Assembly: GCA_902606115.1 (NCBI GenBank)
Contig: CACLFM010000006.1
Coordinates: forward strand, 453-64,452
DNA: 64,000 nucleotides
Direction of reading: 5' to 3'
Source: an uncultured Pelagibacteraceae bacterium
GTDB taxonomy: Bacteria > Pseudomonadota > Alphaproteobacteria > Pelagibacterales > Pelagibacteraceae
Of the stretch, positions 42,781 through 52,236 are shown piece after piece. Position 1 is the first letter of the stretch; each line of letters begins with the position of its first letter. Under the pieces are notes generated by a model. That model saw only the letters and a list, made by a program, of their open reading frames with translations. It was not told the origin of the DNA and did no database searches. Made by a program: the position numbers and the translations under genes.

Positions 42781-43717
42781 TTATTTTCAAGTAGTAAGAG
42801 GAGGTTTGAATTCAACTTTTCAAGATCTAGGAAGAAAAAACTTATATCACATAGGTTTACCTTTTAGCGGAGCTATGGACAAAAGAAATTATTTAATCGC
42901 AAATAAACTTATTGATAATAATAAAAATGATCCAGTTCTGGAATTTGCTTTTCAAGGTCCTTCATTAAAATATTTTGGCAGAAAAAGAAATATTGTCGTT
43001 ACGGGCGATGTTAACTTTAAAATTATAAAAAATGATAATTCTCAAAATGAAGGTGAATGTTACAGAACTATTGGTCTAGATGAGGGTGACACAATAGATA
43101 TTATGTCAACAAACAAGTCTGTATACGGTTATTTTTCTATAAGCGGAGGTTTTAAGTTAAACAAAGTTTGGGGTAGTTTTTCTACTACTATTAGAGCACA
43201 GATTGGATCAAACAACGGCAGTAAATTAATAGATGGTCAAGATATAAAACTCAACGAGCCAAATCAATTATCAAATAAAAAATTATCTTTTGTAAATTCT
43301 AAGATAGAATTTATAAGAGTCATTAAAGGAACGAATTTTGATTATTTTTCAGAACAGTCAATTAAGGATTTTTTTTCTAAAGACTTTGAGGTTACAAAAC
43401 TTACTGATAGAATGGGCATGAGATTAGAAGGCATTAAATTAAACAATATTAAAAAAACAAATATTAAATCTGAGGGCCTAGTTAAAGGAACTATTCAAAT
43501 ACCCGCTGATGGTAAACCAATTATCTTGTTATCTGATCATGGTACATTGGGAGGTTATCCTAAGTTTGGCGTAGTTATAAGTGCTGATTATGATAAACTT
43601 GTTCAAATACCCCCAGGTTCAAAATTAAAATTTAAAGAAATTCAGTTAAAGGATGCTGAAAATTTATATAAATTATATAATATGGAAACTAATAATATTC
43701 TTAGTAAAATTTTATGA
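42770..43717 (+). CDS. pxpC: 5-oxoprolinase subunit C (allophanate hydrolase 2-like)
   Basis: QDLGR, SGAMD, DRMG.RL, G.IQ.P.DG.PI.L..D..T.GGYP. Confidence 0.92.
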   Translation: MKNDYFQVVRGGLNSTFQDLGRKNLYHIGLPFSGAMDKRNYLIANKLIDNNKNDPVLEFAFQGPSLKYFGRKRNIVVTGDVNFKIIKNDNSQNEGECYRTIGLDEGDTIDIMSTNKSVYGYFSISGGFKLNKVWGSFSTTIRAQIGSNNGSKLIDGQDIKLNEPNQLSNKKLSFVNSKIEFIRVIKGTNFDYFSEQSIKDFFSKDFEVTKLTDRMGMRLEGIKLNNIKKTNIKSEGLVKGTIQIPADGKPIILLSDHGTLGGYPKFGVVISADYDKLVQIPPGSKLKFKEIQLKDAENLYKLYNMETNNILSKIL

Positions 43718-44490
43718 ACTCTAAAATTAAAAAAATTTTATCGAAAAAAAATAAAACAAAAATTATTTGCTTAACATCTTACACAAAAAACTTTTCTGAA
43801 ATATTAGATAAATATACGGATATAATTTTAGTGGGCGATTCCCTGGGTTCAGTTTTATATTCTTTTAACTCAACAAAAAAAGTAAATATCAACATGATGA
43901 TAGAGCACTCAAAAAGTGTAAGACAAGGTGTTAAAAAAAGTTTGATGGTAGTAGATATGCCATACAATACTTATAAAAATAAAATAGAAGCTTTAAAAAA
44001 TGCAAAAAAGATAATTAAATATACAAAAGCAGATGCAGTCAAACTAGAGGGCGGAAAAAAGATAATAAACATTATTGATCATTTAAGGAAAAATAAAATA
44101 AATGTTATGGGTCATTTAGGAATTTTGCCACAAAGTCAGAAAGGAAAATTTAGATATAAGGGAAAAACAAGTTTTGAAAGAAAAAATTTGTTAACTGACG
44201 CTCAATTACTTCAAAAAAGTGGAGTTTTTTCAATTGTGCTAGAGTGTATTGAGACAAAATTAGCAAAAAAAATTACTCAAGAATTAAAAATCCCAACCAT
44301 TGGAATCGGCTCCTCTGTTAATTGTGATGGACAGGTTTTAGTAACTGATGATTTAATTGGTTTAAATCTAACTAAAATAAAATTTGTAAAAAGTTTCAAA
44401 AATATAAGAAAACATATCGAATTAGCTATTAAAAAATTTAGTAGTGATGTAAAAAAAAAAAAATACCCTTCAAGAAAATATAGTTATTAA
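43714..44490 (+). CDS. panB: 3-methyl-2-oxobutanoate hydroxymethyltransferase
   Basis: LVGDSLG, VVDMP, AVKLEGG, MGHLG..PQ, PTIGIG, DGQVLV..D. Confidence 0.95.
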   Translation: MNSKIKKILSKKNKTKIICLTSYTKNFSEILDKYTDIILVGDSLGSVLYSFNSTKKVNINMMIEHSKSVRQGVKKSLMVVDMPYNTYKNKIEALKNAKKIIKYTKADAVKLEGGKKIINIIDHLRKNKINVMGHLGILPQSQKGKFRYKGKTSFERKNLLTDAQLLQKSGVFSIVLECIETKLAKKITQELKIPTIGIGSSVNCDGQVLVTDDLIGLNLTKIKFVKSFKNIRKHIELAIKKFSSDVKKKKYPSRKYSY

Positions 44491-44492
44491 AT

Positions 44493-45717
44493 TTATCTAA
44501 GTTTTTTACCTTTTAACTTTCCTTTTTTTAAATCAACCTCTAAAAATAATCCAAGAGTGTCACCAAACTTATCAAATTCCACACTTGTAACTCCTTCATA
44601 ATTAATTGATTTACCTTCGCGTAGTATCTCTATTGCTTTATTGATCTCACCTGGATAAATCTTCACACCTGGTTTGTTTGCTACAGAGTAAATATTTCTG
44701 TTTATAGAGTTATTACCTGAAAAAATTTTTGCAAAATTTGATAGTATTATAACAGCTGCAGCATCGTAAGACTCACCTGTGTACGGACCTAATGGATCAA
44801 TTCCTGATTTTTGGGCAAGATTTACAAATTTTTCTGAGCCTAAATTCGTTAGTCCTTGAACATAACCAAAAGATTTTTTTTAAATCCTTTCTTTTAATAT
44901 TACCAATTATACTTTGATCTATCATATTTTCATTTAAGATAAATATCTCGAACATACCGGTGTCCAAAATAGATTTAATAATTAGATCTCCTCCTAAATT
45001 TAAATCACTTATTATTGCTAAAGCATCGCCTCCAGCAGCACTTAAAGTAGAAATATGTTTTGAATAATCATTAGTATTCTTATTATGGGATAACATAATT
45101 GAGGTCTTTATATTATTTTTATCTAACGCATTTCTATAAAACTCAGCAAATTTTTTGTGATCCTTATCGCTGCTATAAGAAATAGCTACTTTTCTAATTC
45201 CCCTGTCTTTTGTAATATCTGCTAATATTTGACTTCCTCTAATTTTTGATGGTGTTGTTCTAAAAACAAGACCGTTATCTTTTAATTCAATTAACTCATT
45301 TGACGTATCAGCTGGAGAAATCATTAATATTTCTTCTGGAATTGATAACTCTTTTGCAATATCGATTGTCATATTAGGACAAGCTGCACCTATTATTGCA
45401 TTAGCTCCATCATTAATAATTTTTTTAGCAGCATTTTTTGCTAATTTTATATTATCACAAGTTGTATCTGCTCTTATTATTTTAAAAGTAATTTCATTGA
45501 GCTTATCTTTATTATTGATAACTTCGTTAAAAGCTAATTCCGCTGAGTCAGCCATAGAAGGAGTTAAACTTTCAACCGCTCCGGTAAAACCCAGTAAGAT
45601 ACCTACTTTAATTTCTATATTTTTTTCGGCAAATGAATTTGGTATCAAAATTGAAATATAGATTACCAGAAATAATAAAGTTTTGTAAAGTGCAGCATTA
45701 GTTTTATCTATCAACAT
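44493..45717 (-). pseudogene. Branched-chain-amino-acid-type (LivJ-like) ABC substrate-binding protein with a +1 frameshift (possibly a sequencing error)
   Basis: N-terminal part matches the LivJ fold (GILLGFTG, D..C, IIGA, ISPA, FRT.P). After the A8/T4 run at about 44868-44881 the shifted frame continues GYVQG...YTGESYDAA...YEGVTSVEFDKFGD...KKLR* to TAA at 44495-44493. Total length 1225 = 3n+1. Confidence 0.8.
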
Positions 45718-45762
45718 AACTATAAACTTGGTATCTATATATCTATAATATAACTAATTAAT

Positions 45763-46503
45763 ATGGATTCAAAAAAAATTAAACCCCAATTTATATATAA
45801 AAATAATCCCAGAGTAGGCCTCATTGTACTAGCAACTGACGTAATGATAGAAAAAGATTTTTTAAAAGTTTTTAATGAGGTGCCAGCTGATCTTTTTGTA
45901 AATAGAATAACCAATTATAACCCTGTTACATCTGACAATTTAAAAAAAATGACAGAGAATATTACATCCGTTACAGAAAATATTCTTCCTGGAGAAGAGG
46001 TTGATTGCGTTGTTTATGGTTGTACATCAGGCACAATTGTTTCAGGCTATGATAATATCAAAAAAAAGATTAATTTAGCAAAACCAAATGCCTCAGTAAC
46101 TGCTCCTAGCACGGCAGCCCTGAATGCATTAAAAAAAAAAAATATTAAAAAGATATCTATAGTAACTCCTTATATTAAAAGCTTGAATGATGATGTTGTG
46201 AATTTTTTTAAAAATAATAATTTTGAGGTTACTTCAAATACATATTTTGATATTGAATCCGATATTGATATCGGACGAGTAGATCAAGATAAACTATTTG
46301 AAATTCTTTCTAAAATTGATCATAAAGGTGCTGAAGCTTTATTTGTATCGTGCACGTCACTACCAGTATTAAATATAATAGAAAGGTTAGAAAACAAATT
46401 GAAAATAATTGTTTTATCTAGCAATCAAGCTTTAATTTGGGAAACTTTAGAGAGAATAGAAAAAAATAACTCTATTAAAGGTTATGGAAGTCTATTTAAT
46501 TAA
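45763..46503 (+). CDS. eutA: Asp/Glu racemase / maleate isomerase family protein (EutA-like)
   Basis: GLIVLATD..IE.DF, YGCTSG, TPY, FVSCTSL, SSNQA motifs; adjacent to a doeA-like gene. Confidence 0.8.
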   Translation: MDSKKIKPQFIYKNNPRVGLIVLATDVMIEKDFLKVFNEVPADLFVNRITNYNPVTSDNLKKMTENITSVTENILPGEEVDCVVYGCTSGTIVSGYDNIKKKINLAKPNASVTAPSTAALNALKKKNIKKISIVTPYIKSLNDDVVNFFKNNNFEVTSNTYFDIESDIDIGRVDQDKLFEILSKIDHKGAEALFVSCTSLPVLNIIERLENKLKIIVLSSNQALIWETLERIEKNNSIKGYGSLFN

Positions 46504-46512
46504 TATAAAAAT

Positions 46513-47679
46513 ATGAGTTTTTCTAGAAATGAATTTAAAGATCGACTTAAAAAAGTTCAACTGTCGATGCAAAAAAAAGGTATAGATCTTCTAATATCTC
46601 AAGACACAGCCAACATAAATTATTTAACAGGTTATGATGCCTGGTCATTTTATTATGCCCAATGTGTAATTGTCCATATAAATGCAGAAGAACCTATTTG
46701 TTTTATTAGAGCACAAGATGCTGGTGGTGCCTTTATTAAAACTTATCTTAAAAAAGAAAATATTATAATTTATGATGAAAAATATATTCATACTTGGCCT
46801 TCACATCCTTATGATGCTTTAGTTGACTTATTAAAAAAGAATAAATGGGATAAAATTAATATTGGTGTTGAAATGGATGCACATTATTTTACTGCATACT
46901 GTTATGAAAAACTAAAACAAGGGTTACCAAATGCTATAATTAGAGATTCAGAACGGTTAGTGAATTGGGTAAGAGTAGTCAAATCTAATACGGAAATAGA
47001 TTTCATGAAAAAGGCTGCAATTATTTCAGAAAATGCAATGAAGACAGCAATGGAAATAATTAACCCTGGTATAAGACAATGTGATGCTGTTGCAGAGATC
47101 CAAAAAACTTTATTTAAAGGAACAACTGATTATGGTGGAGAATACGCAAGTATAGCAACTTTATTGCCTACCGGCAAAGGTACATCTGCATCTCATCTTA
47201 CAGCAAGTGATGATAAGTTTGTAAGCGGTGAGGCAACTGTTGTTGAATTATCTGGAACATATAAAAGATATCACGCACCAATGGCAAGAACTGTAAATCT
47301 TGGTAAACCGGAACAAAAAAAAATTGATGCAATGAATGCAACTAATGAAGCATTGGAGGCTGGTATTAGTGCTAGCAAACCAGGAAATACTGCAAATGAT
47401 GTTGCGGAAAAATTTTGGAGAATACTTGATAAATATAAAATTAAAAAAGAATCTAGAACTGGTTATTCTATTGGTATAGGCTATCCACCTGATTGGGGAG
47501 AACATACAATTAATATATCTAAAGGTGACATGACTATATTAAAACCTAATGTGTGTTACCATATGATAGCGGTAATGCAATTCGGTGATTGGGGAGTTGA
47601 AGCATCTGAATCTATAAGAATAACAGAACAAGGTAATGAATTATTATGCAATTTTTCAAGAGATTTACATATAAAATAA
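46513..47679 (+). CDS. doeA: M24 family ectoine hydrolase (DoeA/EutD-like)
   Basis: YLTGYD.WSFY..Q, LVNWVR.VKS, RYHAPMART, R.GYSIGIGYPPDWGEHT signature of DoeA/EutD. Confidence 0.85.
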   Translation: MSFSRNEFKDRLKKVQLSMQKKGIDLLISQDTANINYLTGYDAWSFYYAQCVIVHINAEEPICFIRAQDAGGAFIKTYLKKENIIIYDEKYIHTWPSHPYDALVDLLKKNKWDKINIGVEMDAHYFTAYCYEKLKQGLPNAIIRDSERLVNWVRVVKSNTEIDFMKKAAIISENAMKTAMEIINPGIRQCDAVAEIQKTLFKGTTDYGGEYASIATLLPTGKGTSASHLTASDDKFVSGEATVVELSGTYKRYHAPMARTVNLGKPEQKKIDAMNATNEALEAGISASKPGNTANDVAEKFWRILDKYKIKKESRTGYSIGIGYPPDWGEHTINISKGDMTILKPNVCYHMIAVMQFGDWGVEASESIRITEQGNELLCNFSRDLHIK

Positions 47680-47722
47680 AAAACTTGATAAAATAGTCTA
47701 CAAATGTTTTAAACCTTTAGTA

Positions 47723-48811
47723 ATGTCCAAGAACCAAGAATTTGTAAAATTTGATAAAGTAGATAAAAGTTACGATGGTAAAGTACTTGTTGTTAAAGAT
47801 TTAAATTTGGACATTGCTGAGGGTGAATTTGTAACAATGCTTGGTCCATCAGGCTCGGGTAAGACTACATGCTTGATGATGTTGGCTGGCTTTGAAACTC
47901 CCACTAATGGAGAAATTTTTCTAGATAAAAACCCCATCTCAAATATACCGCCACATAAAAGAGGTATAGGAATGGTGTTTCAAAATTACGCCCTGTTTCC
48001 GCATATGACGGTATATGAAAATTTAGCTTTTCCACTTAGAGTTAGAAAAACAAATAAAGACGATATAGAAAAAAAAGTTGATAAAGCATTATCAATGGTT
48101 TCTCTTTCAGGCTTTGAAAATAGGATGCCAGGCCAGTTATCAGGCGGTCAACAACAGCGTGTTGCTGTTGCTAGAGCTTTGGTTTTCGATCCTCAAGTTG
48201 TTTTAATGGATGAACCTTTGGGAGCTTTAGATAAAAATCTTAGAGAAAGCATGCAATATGAAATCAAACATATTCATGAGAGTATCGGTGTTACAGTTGT
48301 CTATGTAACTCATGATCAAAGCGAAGCTTTGACAATGTCTAACCGAATTGCTGTTTTTAACGACGGTAAAGTTCAGCAACTTTCTTCTCCAGATAAATTA
48401 TATGAAGAACCTGTAAATTCTTTTGTTGCAGAATTTATTGGTGAAAATAATACTTTTGCAGGAGAAGTAACCAATTTTCAAAAAGATCAATGTAAAGTAA
48501 AATTATTAAATGGATCTGAAATAATTGCTAATCCAATTTCGGTGAAATCAAATGGTGATAAGACGACAGTTTCATTAAGACCAGAGAGAGCTCTTATAAA
48601 CACGGGAAATAAAATGGATAACAATTTCAAAGGAAAAATTGAAGAAGTGATTTATCATGGCGATCATACTCGAGTGAGAATTGATTTGTTAGGCAATAAA
48701 GAATTTATTTTAAAAGTTCCGAATAGTTCTGCTAATATGGATATCAAGATGGGAAATCAAATAAATGTCAGCTGGAACAGCCATGATGCAAGGGCATTGG
48801 ATCCAAAATAA
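47723..48811 (+). CDS. potA: PotA-like ABC transporter ATP-binding protein
   Basis: GPSGSGKTT, FQNYALFPHM, LSGGQQQR, DEPLGALD, TOBE C-terminus. Confidence 0.9.
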   Translation: MSKNQEFVKFDKVDKSYDGKVLVVKDLNLDIAEGEFVTMLGPSGSGKTTCLMMLAGFETPTNGEIFLDKNPISNIPPHKRGIGMVFQNYALFPHMTVYENLAFPLRVRKTNKDDIEKKVDKALSMVSLSGFENRMPGQLSGGQQQRVAVARALVFDPQVVLMDEPLGALDKNLRESMQYEIKHIHESIGVTVVYVTHDQSEALTMSNRIAVFNDGKVQQLSSPDKLYEEPVNSFVAEFIGENNTFAGEVTNFQKDQCKVKLLNGSEIIANPISVKSNGDKTTVSLRPERALINTGNKMDNNFKGKIEEVIYHGDHTRVRIDLLGNKEFILKVPNSSANMDIKMGNQINVSWNSHDARALDPK

Positions 48812-48870
48812 ATCTTAAGTTTAAATAAAATAATCTTCATAAATTCAGCATATTTTAATGAAATGCGTTA

Positions 48871-48928
48871 TTGACTCCTTAGTCATATATTGTTGTAATT
48901 AGCTTTTAAAAAACGTTTAAACGGAGGA
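48871..48928 (+). promoter_or_regulatory. Putative internal sigma70 promoter and RBS for the substrate-binding gene
   Basis: TTGACT (48871-76), 17 nt, TGTAAT (48894-99). TGACT-cctt-AGTCA palindrome overlaps the -35. GGAGG RBS at 48923-27. Confidence 0.55.
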
Positions 48929-48931
48929 ATA

Positions 48932-50047
48932 ATGAAAAAACTAAGTAAATTGTTGCTAGTTCTATCTTTTGCACTTTCTATAAGCACATCATCATTTGCA
49001 GTTACTGTTGCATCTTGGGGTGGAGCATATACAGAGTCTCAGAAGCTAGGATATGGTGACCCTACTGCTAAGAAGCTTGGAGTGCCGATCAATTGGGTCG
49101 ATTACTCAGGTGGATTATCAGAGATTAAAGCACAAAAAGAGGCAGGCAAAATTACGTGGGATATTATTGACGTCTTTGCTATGGACACTATCACTGGATG
49201 TGACGAAGGTTTATTTGTAGAATTTGATTTCGACAAAGACTTTCCAGCAGCTCCAGACGGTACTTCAGCGAGTAAAGATTTCTTTGCTCCAATGCCAAGT
49301 AAATGTGCTGTAGGAAACATTTTATATTCTTGGAATTATGCTTACAACACGAACAATGTTAAAGGCACTCCAAAATCTATAAAAGATTTCTTTAACACAA
49401 AAAAATTCCCTGGAAAAAGAGCTATCTATAAAAGCGCTTTAACAAATTTAGAGATCGCTTTAGCAGCAGATGGTATTAAACCAGGAAAAGGTGGAGCAAA
49501 AATCTACAAAGCTCTTGAAACTGAAAAAGGTGTTAACAGAGCAATGAACAAGATCAAAGAGCTATGCACAGACCCTAACGGCGGATGTGTATTTTGGTCA
49601 GCAGGTGCTCAACCACCAGAGTTATTAGTATCTGGTGAAGTTGTTATGGCAACTGGTTGGAATGGTAGATTCTTTAACGCAGAGATCGGTGAAGGCGCTC
49701 CAATTAAACAAGTTTGGGATGGTCAAGGTCTTGACTACGAATATTTCGTACTAGTTAAGGGTGGACCAAACGAAGCTGATGCTAAAAAAGCTTTAGCGGA
49801 GATGACAAGTACAGAAGGTTTAGCTGGAAGTGCAAAATACATTGCATATGCACCTTGGAGAAAATCATCACTTAAAGTTATGGCAAAAGGCGAGCCGTGG
49901 TACAAAGATGGTAAGACTAACATGGTACCACAAATGCCGACTGCGCCAGCAAATACAAAAAATTACTTCTTAGTAGATCCATTATTCTGGGCTGATAACG
50001 GTACAGAGCTTGGTGAAAAATGGGAAGCAATGAAAGCTGGTCTATAA
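48932..50047 (+). CDS. potD: PotD-family extracellular solute-binding protein (polyamine/osmolyte)
   Basis: Signal peptide, SWGGAY..SQ, WD..D, CDEGL, FPGKR, WNGR motifs; strong RBS. Confidence 0.88.
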   Translation: MKKLSKLLLVLSFALSISTSSFAVTVASWGGAYTESQKLGYGDPTAKKLGVPINWVDYSGGLSEIKAQKEAGKITWDIIDVFAMDTITGCDEGLFVEFDFDKDFPAAPDGTSASKDFFAPMPSKCAVGNILYSWNYAYNTNNVKGTPKSIKDFFNTKKFPGKRAIYKSALTNLEIALAADGIKPGKGGAKIYKALETEKGVNRAMNKIKELCTDPNGGCVFWSAGAQPPELLVSGEVVMATGWNGRFFNAEIGEGAPIKQVWDGQGLDYEYFVLVKGGPNEADAKKALAEMTSTEGLAGSAKYIAYAPWRKSSLKVMAKGEPWYKDGKTNMVPQMPTAPANTKNYFLVDPLFWADNGTELGEKWEAMKAGL

Positions 50048-50083
50048 TTTTAAGTTTTAAAGACTAAGATTATATATTATATT

Positions 50084-50113
50084 AAGGGCGGTTATTTATA
50101 GCCGCCCTTTTTT
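50084..50113 (+). terminator. Intrinsic terminator / mRNA-stabilising hairpin after the SBP gene
   Basis: AAGGGCGGTTA-ttta-TAGCCGCCCTT followed by a T run. Confidence 0.85.
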
Positions 50114-50118
50114 ATTTT

Positions 50119-51372
50119 ATGAGTAGAGAAACTAAACAAATTTTAACAACAGACGGTGTACCTCTTGAGGTAAGCCTTAAAAAAGCTGAAAGAAAAAATA
50201 AGATCAAAGCATTTCTTTTAGTTGCACCATTATTATTATTTTTACTTATAACTTATATTTTTCCAATTGGAGATATGTTGATGAGAAGTGTGGATGACAA
50301 AATGGTAACTGAAATGTTGCCAAAAACATTTAAATCAATGGAGAAATGGGATGGAAATGAAATGCCGCCTGAAGAAGTATTCGAATCTTTTTACTTAGAC
50401 TTTCAAATGTTAGTAGAGGAGAAACGTGATGGTAGATTATCCACTCAATTAAATTATACTAAAAATGGTTTTAAAAGTATTTTGAAAAAATTGAGAAGAA
50501 AAGCCAAAAACTTTGAAGAAGGAAACTATAAAGAACAAATAATGGCTGTTCATAAAAGGTGGGCTGATGTTGAATATTGGCGAGCTATCAAAAGAAGAGC
50601 ACCAGCATATACCAGCTCAAAATATTTAAAAGGTATGGATATGTATAAAAACGAGGAGGGCAAAATTGTTAATGTCGAAGAAGATAGGAGAATACATAGA
50701 ATTCTTTGGCTTAGAACTTTGGAGATAGCTTTTTTTGTTACTTTGTTATGTTTTTTAATGGCCTATCCAATTGCTCATCTTCTTGCAACATTACCAATGA
50801 AGTATAGTAACCTTTTAATGATATGTGTGCTCCTTCCATTTTGGACATCCCTACTAGTAAGAACTGCTAGTTGGATGATACTTCTTCAACAACAAGGTGT
50901 TGTTAATGACTTTTTTGTCATGATTGGATTGGTGGCCGACGATAACAGGCCTGAAATGATGTACAATAAAACTGGAACCTACGTTGCTATGACGCAGATT
51001 TTATTACCCTTTATGGTTTTACCTTTATACAGTGTGATGAAAACCATATCACCAAGCTTAATGAGAGCTGGAAAATCCCTAGGCGGAACACCGTTTGTTA
51101 CATTTTGGAAAGTCTATTTCCCTCTAACAATCCCTGGAATTGGAGCTGGCTGTTTATTGGTTTTTATACTTGCTATTGGATATTATATTACACCTGCACT
51201 GGTAGGAGGAGCATCTGGAACTTTGATAAGTAACCAGATTGCTTTTCATATGAAAAGTACTCTAGATTGGAGCTTTGCATCAGCAATGGGACTAATGTTA
51301 CTTGCTGGGGTATTAGCAATATACTGGATTTACAATAAATTAGTTGGAATTGATAATATCAAATTAGGATAA
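50119..51372 (+). CDS. potB: PotB-like ABC permease with large periplasmic loop
   Basis: LLPFWTSLLVR, LPFMVLPLY, AG.SLG EAA-like loop, GYYITPALVGG. Confidence 0.88.
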   Translation: MSRETKQILTTDGVPLEVSLKKAERKNKIKAFLLVAPLLLFLLITYIFPIGDMLMRSVDDKMVTEMLPKTFKSMEKWDGNEMPPEEVFESFYLDFQMLVEEKRDGRLSTQLNYTKNGFKSILKKLRRKAKNFEEGNYKEQIMAVHKRWADVEYWRAIKRRAPAYTSSKYLKGMDMYKNEEGKIVNVEEDRRIHRILWLRTLEIAFFVTLLCFLMAYPIAHLLATLPMKYSNLLMICVLLPFWTSLLVRTASWMILLQQQGVVNDFFVMIGLVADDNRPEMMYNKTGTYVAMTQILLPFMVLPLYSVMKTISPSLMRAGKSLGGTPFVTFWKVYFPLTIPGIGAGCLLVFILAIGYYITPALVGGASGTLISNQIAFHMKSTLDWSFASAMGLMLLAGVLAIYWIYNKLVGIDNIKLG

Positions 51373-51374
51373 TT

Positions 51375-52229
51375 ATGGCACTACCTAAATATACCGAACC
51401 ACATTATAGAATTTGGCATTATGTTTATATTTTTATTTGTGCTTGTGTATTTTTCTTTTTGATCGCCCCTTTATTTGTAATTTTCCCTTTATCATTTAAT
51501 GCTGAAGAATTTTTAAGTTTTTCTGAGGGTATGAAAAATCTTGATCCAGACGCATTTTCTTTAAGATGGTACAAGGATATGATTTATGGAACAAAAAATC
51601 CTTGGGGTCTAGCCGCTAAAAATAGTTTTATAATCGCCATCTTTGCAACACTAGGATCAGTTCTTTTGGGAACTGTTGCAGCATTAGGTTTAAGTAGTAG
51701 ACACATGCCTTACAAAGGATTGGTCATGGCAACACTAATTTCTCCAATGATCGTTCCTTTAATTATCTCTGGTGTAGCTATTTTCTTCTTTATGGCAAAA
51801 GCTGGTTTAGCGGCTACACATACTGGTATAGTTCTAGCACATATAATTTTGGGTACACCGTTTGTCGTAATAACAGTGACAGCCACTTTATCCGGATTTG
51901 ACCACAGTGTAACTAGAGCTGCATCAAGTCTTGGAAGTGACCCAGTAAATACTTTTATGAAAATTACGTTACCTTTAATATTACCTGGGGTAATTTCAGG
52001 TGGCTTATTTGCTTTTGTGACCTCTTTTGATGAAGTTGTAGTAGTATTATTTTTAGCTGGTTTAGAGAATACAACTATTCCAATTCAAATGTGGACGGGT
52101 TTAAGGGAACAACTAAGTCCTACAATTCTTGCAGTTGCGACATGTTTGATTATTTTATCTACACTTATTCTTGTTACAGCTGAGTTGTTAAGAAGAAGAT
52201 CTGAAAGACTCAGAGGAATTAATAGATAA
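51375..52229 (+). CDS. potC: PotC-like ABC permease
   Basis: FSLRWY, SPMIVP, AA.SLG, F.TSFDEVVV. Confidence 0.88.
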   Translation: MALPKYTEPHYRIWHYVYIFICACVFFFLIAPLFVIFPLSFNAEEFLSFSEGMKNLDPDAFSLRWYKDMIYGTKNPWGLAAKNSFIIAIFATLGSVLLGTVAALGLSSRHMPYKGLVMATLISPMIVPLIISGVAIFFFMAKAGLAATHTGIVLAHIILGTPFVVITVTATLSGFDHSVTRAASSLGSDPVNTFMKITLPLILPGVISGGLFAFVTSFDEVVVVLFLAGLENTTIPIQMWTGLREQLSPTILAVATCLIILSTLILVTAELLRRRSERLRGINR

Positions 52230-52236
52230 AAAATAA

